Origin: Selaginella moellendorffii
Lineage: Eukaryota > Plantae > Lycopodiophyta
Assembly (NCBI RefSeq): GCF_000143415.4
Contig: NW_003314412.1
Coordinates: 1-64,000 of the forward strand
Length of the DNA: 64,000 bases
Direction of reading: 5' to 3'
The notes under the pieces were generated by a model. It saw only the letters and a program-made list of their open reading frames with translations, had not been told where the DNA came from and did no database searches. Below, piece after piece: positions 25,401-35,012 of the stretch. Made by a program: the position numbers and the translations under genes. The first letter of the stretch is position 1. Every line of letters begins with the position of its first letter.

Positions 25401-28142
25401 GTTGGGCCGAGCTCACAACCTGCACAAGGTAAGGTCACGTGAGGCCTCACGCCATTTTGATTATAGATCGTTGTGAATATTCAGACACGAGGACTGAAAA
25501 GCGCACTGGTGGCGCATCGAAGAAGGACAAACAGAAAAGCAATAGGAAAAAAGGAGGTACAAATTATATTTGCAATGGCGTGTGGTCTCATGCCATTCCT
25601 TGCAGGAGAAACTTCTTCAAAGGCAAAACAGGCAAGCACCAGCCAAGCTCAAACTGACAGTGGTCATAAAAAGCGAAAGCACGTTGGACAGTCGTCGAGA
25701 TCAGAGGCATTTGATTCGAAAAGGAAGAAGGGCAACGAAAAGATGATAGGTAATGCCTCGCGGTTATGGCGTGTGTGCTCATGCCATTCATTGCAGATCA
25801 AGAGCTGAGTGAAAGCAGGCAGTCACCACCTCATGACTCAGATTCCTATGGCGGTCTCCCCTTCCCCAATCTCAATGGAGAGGTACAATGGATGAGGGAA
25901 GCTTTTCAATGCAGGGCCACGTTTTTCTCATCTCGTCGTCTTCGAAGGGTGCAAGAACGTGCAGAAACCATGTTAAGACAGTCGGGTGAGGATACGGTCC
26001 TAGGTCACGCACTAAAACAGGCTATGGATGTCTTGTATTTTGAGATGGAGACTCGGCCAGATGATTTTCCCAAGATGGTCCTGGAAGAACAAGCCATCCA
26101 GCCTGAGCAGCCTATGGAAGAAATGCAGGAGGGGGATGAGGAGCCAGAGAAAGATAATGAGCAGGAAGAGCAGAAGGACGAAGAGGAGGACAAAGAAGAG
26201 GAGGACGAAGAAGAGGAGGACGAAGAGGACTTGGATGGTCCTCACAATGGTGACGATCACAATAACAACGACGACGATGATGACGACGATGGCCAGCCTG
26301 AGGTGGCCAAAGAGCGGCGGAGGAAGGTCATACAAGACAAACCATCAGGTAAATAATAATACATCCATTCCTAACCTTTTACTATTTCTAACATTGTCCA
26401 TGTAGGTCGCAGAGCAAATGGTAAGTAGAGATTATTCAGTTGAATTTACAAACTCTAGCCTTTAGTGTCGAGGAAGGATAGTGCCAAGCAAGGGTCGAAA
26501 CGTATGTTCAATCCTTCAGAATCAGCAGTGCGCTCAAGTGATATCGGTCCTAGTTCCTCAATAGCAGTTGATGGTAAATACAGTATAGTCGATTCAATGT
26601 GCTAATGAGTTTGTTTTTAGTAGCACGGGAGGATACCATCTCAATCGAAGGGAGATATTTGGACATGCATATGGATCCGCCAGTGGACTCTACTTGGCTG
26701 CAAGAGTCATCAGAGCTGGTGGAGGCTACTATCCATATCAACGCCAAGCAAGCTGACCACGCTCCACTTGATGCTGCCCATACCACTGAGTCAATCTTGT
26801 CCACATATCCAACTGACGGTGACCAGGCGCCATTGGACCCACATGAGGCCGCCCCAGCCGCCGAGCCGGTCGTATCCTCATTTCCAACGGACTCAACATG
26901 TGCCCAATCGTCTGACTACGCGCCATTGGAACCTCCCTACACCGCCCCTGCTGCCTGTTCGGTCATGTCCACTTTGCCAACGGAGGCACCAGCTGAAATG
27001 GCGTGTGATCACACGCCATCGGAACCACCCCATGCCACTGTTGAGCCAGTTGTACCAGAGTCTACAGCTGAAATGGCATGTGCCCACACGCCATCGGATG
27101 CGATTGACCCCACATTGCAGAGGAGAGTATTTCCGCCCTTCGCGTTTCCTCGACCAAAACCCTCTCAACGACCATCGGGAGCAACATTCGCTAATATTGT
27201 AGATGGTAAAATTGACTTGTACCATTTTTTATGCTGACGCATTTCATTTCAGAGTCACGGCGAAGGTACTGTTTCGTTTTTGATCTGAACGGTGTCCTTT
27301 TCTCCCATGAGCGTGGCTCGTCCTTGAATGTCATTGCACCCTCCAAAGCCTGCGGTCGCAAGTTGGTCAAAAGAGACAGATTCACATTAATCACACGGGA
27401 GAAACTGCGGGATCTAATAATGACCATGCGACACTTAAAACAGAGGGCCGGGTTCAATTTGCAATTGGGAGTTTGGACATCCATGATGCGCCACAATGCA
27501 TTAACGTTGCTACAGATGATGCACGATCAGACGCGAGTAATATTACCATTTGACTTTCTCCTAACGCAGGAGGATTGCTTGACTATGGTCCATGTGAGGG
27601 GTAGCAAGCCCATCTTCGTCAAGCCAGAGGCTGTAGTGATGAACCGGACTGCTAGCTCAAGTGAAATCCTCATCATCGATGACTCGCCGATTAAAACTGC
27701 AGCGAACACGCACACATATGCAGTGCACCCCATCTCTTGCAGTATGGAAACTAGGGAGAAGAAACCATATGTTCTGGGGGACCTTGCAAAACGGCTTGGA
27801 GCGATGGTGATAGAGAACCGGCCAGTCCAGGAGGTGGCTGCAGAAATCAACCAAATGGCAGATGGAACGGTATATCAGAAGCCATTTGATCGGACAGACA
27901 CCAGTCATCATTTATGGCATGTATATTGTCTAGCCAAGCACTATCCGCATCTCCATAATCTGCTCAACCGGATGGGTTCTTCGACCACTGAACATGAGCG
28001 TGGACGTATTAGAGAAGAGATGGCATTACTATTGGGTTTAAATCCTGATAGTGTGGAGAGTGATGAAATTCCAAGATTATTGTATAGGCGTTTTGACAAG
28101 GAGAAGAGAGAGGTGAAGCAGTGCCAGGGGGAGGAGAAGTGA
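22493..28142 (+). CDS. Transposon cargo gene, ~1650 aa, 11 exons: ParB/Srx-like + degenerate DNA amino-MTase fold + acidic/Pro-rich linker + FCP1/NIF-type HAD phosphatase; one in-frame TAG at 23215
   Basis: Model exons: 22493-22495, 22735-23913, 23968-25291, 25342-25428, 25485-25556, 25606-25749, 25797-26348, 26406-26420, 26466-26573, 26621-27205, 27253-28142. All introns GT-AG; total 4959 nt, in frame. Motifs: R.VSDEWVEKL...FYAVSGQHS; KCVVEYNCGGLFFRAALLKGVPCVAV; FVFDLNGVL, GVWTS, KPIFVK, LIIDDSPIK. Confidence 0.72.
27253..28142 (+). CDS. Terminal exon encoding an FCP1/NIF-like HAD-family phosphatase domain
   Basis: HAD motifs I (DLNGVL), II (VWTS), III (K) and IV (IDDSP.K). Confidence 0.85.
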
Positions 28143-28288
28143 TTGAGTAGACATTTCCTTGTTTAAAATAAAATGGCATGTGCCTCAATGCAGTTGAATT
28201 TTGTTATATTTATATACTATATAAAGGTTTGGAAACCTTATTTTACAAGTGGGATAATGACAATTCCCACTTTAACAAAATAGAGCTT

Positions 28289-28604
28289 ATGGACAGATGG
28301 CCTAGTCTTTGAGAGACGAGACTACGATGCAAATGGTGTTGGACCACTAGTGTGACCAAGGTGAATAGGCATGGCCTTAGCGTAACGGGTTGGTATATCG
28401 GTGCTACCTTGGGGTGTCGTTCATGGGACTGGACACGTGGAGCACTTGGACCAAGTGCAATAGTTGAATGGCATGGATACCTTTTTCGAGGCTAACAAGT
28501 CCCAAGTTTTGAATTGGACTTATGGAGGTTGTGAATGAGACTCCTCCAAGTGGTCGAAGGTGTGGTTAAGTGACTAAAGTAGAATAGAAAAATTAGTCAT
28601 TTAC
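28289..28604 (+). repeat. 3' part of family C LTR interrupted by the Sola-like element (joins 16148-16196)
   Basis: Colinear with 8168-8484; ends ...CATTTACA. Confidence 0.85.
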
Positions 28605-29600
28605 ATTTTCTTCCCAATCTCTATAATAAGAGCAGCCTTCAAATTACAAAAAGAATCACGGTGGATTCTTTCCTCTATTGCGTGTTGGTGGTACCCAACA
28701 TACACTACTACTTTGCCTAAACATCCCATCCCATGGAAGAAAATAATACATTTTTGCATTGCAATATGCTTAACACATAGGTGTTGCCCCACATTGGTGA
28801 CATCTAAACCCTATAGCAACCTCATCACGCTTAAGGGAATTGATTGCTGAGCCTTCAAAGAAACACATATTCTTGCTATGATCAAAAATGCATTTCTCAG
28901 CGAGACACTAAAATTGTCCACCACAATGGACTATGGACATAGATCCATCCAAATGGAAGATGTGGGTCATTTTAACCCTGCATGAATTATGTGGATCAAG
29001 ATGCATCTCTATGCCCCTCTTCTTGCTTAATAAACTGGCAGGTGGAAATTTGAAGAATATATTCCTATTATAGGAAGACAGAAGCTCCTCACCTCTCATG
29101 TACTAAAACTCCTTCAATTCCAACCATAATGATTGAGATTGTTAAAATGCATTATCTAATGCTTCAAAAACTGGTCTAGAAGGAATAAATCTACTTGTCT
29201 GGGAAGCTATGTCAGGAAGCTCATCTTCTTCACTTTCATCACTGGAGAGAATAACAACTTCATCCTTCACTCCTTACACAGTTGGCTGTGAAATTGATGC
29301 ACTCTTTTCTACTCACTTCAGAGATCCTGTAATTAGAGTCTCCTAACCTATATATCTATCAAGATCCCACTGAATCCCATTCTCTTTTACACCACTGTTG
29401 AAAAGAATGGACTTTTCTATTTGATTACCCTTATCGTGACATACATTCTCCAAATTAACTATTCCTGGCTTCAACTTGAATCTTCTGCAAAAGAAGCTCT
29501 CTTCTATAACACTCTTAGAGAAAACTGTTTGAGGCTTTTGATTGAACTTCAAGTAGAATTCTCTCATATCTTCTCCTTGCTCGAGCATTTAGAAAAACTT
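28605..29600 (-). pseudogene. Decayed N-terminal part of a transposase-like gene with a GCM/WRKY-like Cys/His Zn finger
   Basis: Minus-strand translation through stops and a frameshift: HCGGQF*CLAEKCIF...FRCHQCGATPMC*AYCNAKMYY...VVYVGYHQH. Confidence 0.45.
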
Positions 29601-29756
29601 TAGGGAGAAACTAACAAGAAAGAACAAAGATATTCTTCTGTATTGTGAGTTTTAATTAGTTGTGTCCTTGCAAAAGACAAGTTAATTATTTTAACAAATT
29701 ATACAACCATTAGAATCTAGAGATATATATGATCTTAAAGAGCCACCCATATTAAT

Positions 29757-30165
29757 TGTATAATTGATTGTGAGAGGAATAATACTGTTAAAATGAATGG
29801 GGTTATGAGTGAGAGGTGCCAATTAATCACAAGAGTTGTAACATTGATTGCTTGTTCTTCTTTATCCCCACACCTTTTTCCCTTCAAAAAGGTTTCATTC
29901 TTTTATGACAAATGAGAGAGTCAAGCTTGAAAAGGTTAGTTTGCAAAAATACCATGCACAAAAAAAACCGTGCACAAACCAATCTTTTCAAGCTTGACTC
30001 TCTCTCACTTGTCACAAAAGAATGAAACTTTTTTGAAGGGAAAAGAGCGTGGAGATGAGAGGGAGAACAAACAATCAATGTTACAACTCTCGTGATTAAT
30101 TGGCACCTCTCACTTATAACCCCATTCATTTCAACAGTATTATTCCTTTCACAATCAATTATACA
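29757..30165. repeat. 409-bp fold-back palindrome (~187-bp arms, ~30-bp loop)
   Basis: 29757-29944 is the reverse complement of ~29975-30165 with scattered transitions. Confidence 0.92.
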
Positions 30166-30574
30166 TATCTTAATATCTAAAGCATTGAATGATTGTCTCC
30201 TTGGAAAGAATACATGAAATCTATGTTCAAGTGGATTTGTCTAATAAATATATCCTACTATTTGCAAAATTAAAGTACTATTAAAAAATTGACATATCAC
30301 TAGAATCTAGGATGCAATCTCCATTAAAGAGAATGAAAACCATGACCATTGATCGTGACTGTTGATTGTGACCATTGATCGTGACTATTAATTTTTAGGG
30401 TTTTACTGCTAAAAACGCTTGAATCTCGCAATGTGCTTCAAGATGCTTCTCAATTAGGACGTTAGATGCTCTTCAAGACACTAGGAAGACACTCCTCACT
30501 CAAGGTATACCTCTCTCTACTGCTCTTCCATCTCCCCATCTTTTGCTCCTAGCTCGCAAGCAACTTGCCTCTCA

Positions 30575-31052
30575 TGGCTACTTTGTGCTGGAATGATCAA
30601 TTCGGTAGCAAATCAATCTTCTTAGCACATCATATTTTAAGTTTTTTTTTTCTTGTCATTTCCTTGGTGTTGAGAAGATTGGTTTGGCAACGAACCAATC
30701 TTCCTAGTGCTAAGAGAATTGCTTCTTTTCTTCTTTTTTTTTGTTCCCTCAACACTAGAAGATTGATTCGCTGTCAAACTAATCTTCTCAGTGCTAAAGG
30801 AGTTGTTCCTTTTCTTTTTTTCTTTAGTTTTCTTGGCACTAAAAGATTGGTTAGCCACCAAACCAATCTTCCCAGTGCCAAGGGAGCTACTTCTTTTCAT
30901 TTTTTCTTTGTTCCCTTGGTGCTGGAAGATTGGTTCAACAGCGAACTGATCTTCCCAGCACCAAGGGAGCTACTTCTTTTCTTTTTCTCTTTTGTTCCCT
31001 TGGTGCTGGAAAATTGGTTCAACAACGTACCGATCTTCCCAGCCAAAAGGAA
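30575..31052. repeat. Tandem array of ~6 x 84-bp units, each a ~55-bp hairpin plus T-rich spacer
   Basis: Best unit: CCCTTGGTGCTGGAAGATTGGTTC-AACAGC-GAACTGATCTTCCCAGCACCAAGGG. Units start near 30575, 30660, 30744, 30830, 30911, 30995. Confidence 0.88.
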
Positions 31053-31119
31053 ATTGTTCCTATTTTCCTTTAATACTTTTTTTAATGTTTATTCAAGTTT
31101 TTTTGTCATTTTTATGCAG

Positions 31120-34100
31120 ATATATAAATCATGCCACAATCGAAGAAGCATGCCAATCAACCTCAATGGACCCATTCTCCAGGAAAACAGCTAGATCGTT
31201 GTGCTAGATTCACTAAGGACACCTCACAAGTTCAAGGCATTGCTTCAGAGGAAGACCATGGTGGGAGCAGTGGTGTCTAGATCCAAGCAATGGTTGATCT
31301 TGATCCAGGTGTCAGCATGCAGAAGCCAAATGGTTCTAGAGAGTATAGAAATGCAGAACCTATCTATAGCACAGAAGAAGCTGTTGGTGGTGGTGGAAAT
31401 GAGGTACCTAGTGCTATAGGTGGTGGGGCAGAACTTGGTGGTAGAAATGAGGCACTTGGTGCTATAGGTGGTGGGGCAGATCTTGGTGGTGGAAATGGTG
31501 GACATGCTGCTACTCCTAAAAGTCATAGAAATGAGGTGGTAACTATGCTAGAGGCCGACACAATTTTGAATGAGCGAGTACGTAAGATTATTGTCTAGGC
31601 TCAAGAACAAACTATCAGTAGGGTGTTAGGTGAAATGGCTTGGAAAGGATCCCAACATCTTTAAATTCCACTTTACCGTCTTAAGTAGAGTCACTGAGTA
31701 TGCTTAGCCTATGATCTTAACATGGCTATTTATACCTCTTTCACAGAAGTTGGATTCGGGCACACTACTAGATTATTTATTGTGTTGTCATCATTCCCTG
31801 GAACAAATTGCATAGACATGGTTACTCGCGAGATTGAGCAGAGTTGGGATCAGATATGGCAAAGGAAATCTCAGGAGTTTGATACTTTGATGGCGTGCCA
31901 TAAGGAGGCACAAGCCTTTGTAGGCTAGATGTTCTTCATTATTGATGGAAACCATCAATGGATAGCGTTTTGGAGGTGTATCCAAGAGAAGTTCTAGGAC
32001 AATGATGAGTGACATATTTGTGTTCTAGTAACACTTGTGGAGCCAGAGGATCGAAACCAAGCTGTGAGGCTCAACTTGGCATGTCACAAGATCAACATGT
32101 AAGAATCCCTTACTAGTAACCATTGTTCTCACCAACTATGTTACAAGCTTAATCAGTTTGTTTTCCAAGCACATACCTTGGTCCATGATATCAAGCACCT
32201 TCAATATGTTGGCATGCTTTCTCTCGAGGAAATCCAGATGTTGTATAGTCGTGAGGTTATGGAAGTAGTTCAAGCAAAGCTTGTAGCACGTAAAGGCCAA
32301 GAGTTTCTTACTTCGTATTTGGTGCCTAGGGATTTTTTGGTTGTGGACTAGGCAAAAGTATCCTTTTCTTGCATGAACTTGTGTTTTCTGCTCACAAGTT
32401 TTCCTTTTAGTCAATTGTTAAGGTGGAGCAAAACTCATATTTAAAGATTATGCAAGTGACGGATGAGGTGCAAAAGAACCTTGAATTGCGACAAATTGAG
32501 CAGCGCATTTTGAACTCAAAGAAATCAAAGGTGAAGAAGTTACTTGTGATTGCGGACATCTGACACGATAAAGATTGGCTGGATTGCATTGCAAAGATAT
32601 ACTCTCGTGGCAGTAAGTTAGTCCCTTTTATCTTTCTCATTCCACTTTAAAATCCTTGTCCTTATAGGATGAAGAATTGATCTATAACATTGCAAAAAGC
32701 AAGCTCTCCTTCAATGAACAAACCTCTTATTTGGAGCTCCTCAACACTTGGCATCATAACAATGATAAAAGGTTAGGGAGCAAACTTGAGAATGTTATGA
32801 AGGAGAAGTTTTATATCAGTTAAAGTATTTTGGCTGCTAAGGAGCTACTTCAAGCATGGGATACAAAGTTCCTTACTAATGCTTGCACTGGCATAACACT
32901 TCCAGAATATGTCTAAGCTTCCCTTCAAGAGCTTGGGGATGGATGGCTTCCTGAGGGCAGCTCAAACTCCATGGATTTCAAGAACCAGCTGAGCCAACCA
33001 TTTTTCTCCCACCGCATAACATATAGGTATAGAAATTGACTTACTTATTTAATCACAACTCTTTTGTAGGTATTTAAATCATTGCCTAGGTGCTCTAATA
33101 TACATAACAAGTGTTTTTCTCAAGCTCTTAATTGGTGGGAAGAAGCTTGGCATGTATGAGCTAGAGTTCTATTGTCCCACTATATAGGAGCAAGAACTTG
33201 TCCATGGTACTTGGAGTTGTGGAGGCAAATGCCATTGTCACCTTTTGAGCTTGATCTCTACCTCGAGTGTCATCCAGGTTTGATAAGTAAAACTTCCTAG
33301 TAGTAACTTATGTTTCTACTTTATTGTAAAGGCACTTTTGGAGGGAGTGGAGATGCCTCAAGATAGGGATGAGATTTATATTGAGCAGACCAAAGAGGAA
33401 CAAGTGGAGAACCTAGTTGAAAACTCTCCTGCCCCTCTCATCCTATAGCACTTGCTCATTCCCCAGATCCTACTACAGCTGCTTGTCTAGCTTCAACTGC
33501 TTGAAATGTATGAAGGCAGCTCCATAATGAGGACGTCCAAGAGAGTAAGAACTTGATTTCCAATGACCTTGCTTATTGTAACTTGGTTGTAGATGTCAGA
33601 GAAACCAATCAACACTCTATATGCCGACATACACATGCATTCTTTCCATTGCGACAAAGGATAACCTCCAAGAGTTATCTTTATCGGCTTCATATAAATA
33701 GGTATGAAAAAAAACATGTATTAACTTTAATATTTCCCGCTTTTGAACATTATTCAGGTTCACCCTCTTTCTCCTACGGGAAGTGATGGCAATGTGGAAA
33801 TAGTTATTGGGGACAACTTTCAGCTTTCCAATGACGTAAGTCGAGAGTTTGTTATATTCCATAGATGGATGTGAGGATTGGGAATTAACAATACCTTTGG
33901 CATCGACCTCGTATTCTTTGACTTGTCTAATGGGTTACCACTTTTACAAAGTGACACTCCATCTTGGAACATCCTTCAACCGGACCATATTTCTCAAGCA
34001 ATGGATATGGCATCCAAGATGTTGCAATATGAGGGCATTATGTCAATCATTCTTCCCCATTCTTTATTTTGGGGAGGTCTTCTTGCAACGATGGTGGAGA

Positions 34101-34600
34101 ATGATGACTCTAGATTGGTTGAGTTTGCATTAAGCTACCTACTCTCAAACATCTTGGTCGAAACAAAAGGAGCAAATGGCCGAATTCAAAAGGTTTGCAT
34201 TTCCTTATTTTTCATATTTTAAATTGATTGTCTCTTTTCATTGTAGGTTTTAGTATGGAACTACCATGCTCCCTATTGCTACTCTTGTCATCACAGTATT
34301 ACACGAGCTGATGAGCATGCAGGTTTGGCATTGCCAAGATATGATAGCTCACAGATATCATCCCAAATGTCATCAATGAGGACCATCATATAGAGTTCCT
34401 TGGCTATCGACACCATTCATCAAAGGCCATGCAAATCCTCCTAAATTTCTTTTGTCCTCCTAAGGGGATTGTGCTTGATGCTACAGTAGGTTTTGGTTTG
34501 ATGGTGCTAGCAGCTAAAGAGACTAGCTATGCAGTTTTTGCACTAGAGAAGGAAAGTGTATTTGAAGGTGTTCTTGGGACATTTCATAACAGATGATAAT
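31120..34600 (+). pseudogene. Decayed multi-exon ParB-like + beta-class DNA amino-methyltransferase-fold gene
   Basis: MFFIIDGNHQW at 31929 (ParB DGNHR-like). IDLVFFDLSNG at ~33902 (position of DPPY). LLNFFCPPKGIVLDATVGFGLMVLAAKETSYAVFALEKE at ~34438-34555 (SAM-binding motif I). Many stops. Confidence 0.7.
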
Positions 34601-35012
34601 AAAGTATAAATTTCTCACTATAGTAATTCTATCATGGTTGTGTATATTAGGTGGATTGATGATATGGGTTATAATTTGCCATGTTATGCAAAAGCAATGG
34701 CACAAGCTCATATACAACAAAAGCCCACAGTTAAAGAGCATAATATTATATGAACTCCTCCTTTTATGGATGTGGATGGTGAGGAAGACTAAGTTTAGTT
34801 TTTTTTTAGTCAAATTTTTTAGTGGTAATATGGAGTTTCTTCTTTGACTTTTGATATTTATTTTCTTATTGGACTTATATTATTTAGCTTTTTCTTGGAC
34901 TGAAAATATGTCTTAAGTTTTGCATAGAATTGTTGGTTGAACATCAACTTTTGTATTTGGTGGACTATATTGACTTTCATTGACTTTCTTTGACTTGAGC
35001 TCAGGTCAAAAA

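Larger units (their letters stand above)
16423..28192. repeat. Dispersed 22-bp palindrome ATGGCRTG-WGGCCW-CAYGCCAT, ~20 copies, seen only inside the transposon
   Basis: Good copies start at 18131, 18188, 20025, 20095, 20193, 21743, 22521, 22598, 22658, 23935, 25434, 25575, 25766, 26998, 27073. Degenerate copies near 16423, 16739, 16792, 20808, 20880, 21822, 28173. Confidence 0.9.
16197..28288. mobile_element. 12,092-bp Sola-like cut-and-paste DNA transposon with cargo gene
   Basis: TIRs AAGCTCTATTTCGTTAAAGTGGGA (16197-16220) and TCCCACTTTAACAAAATAGAGCTT (28265-28288), 1 mismatch. TSD ATGG at 16193-16196 and 28289-28292. Flanks rejoin colinearly with the paralogous empty site at ~8125-8250. 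Confidence 0.92.

Noticed and set aside
22496-25796. Introner elements creating the cargo introns
   Set aside because: Introns share only the internal 22-mer, not their ends or overall sequence, and the motif also occurs outside introns.
30575-31052. CRISPR-like array of palindromic repeats
   Set aside because: Spacers are similar T-rich tracts, not unique sequences; repeats are degenerate; no cas genes; eukaryotic context.
22493-34600. Bacterial contamination or plasmid (ParB, MTase)
   Set aside because: Genes have spliceosomal introns and are nested in plant LTR repeats with a verified TSD.
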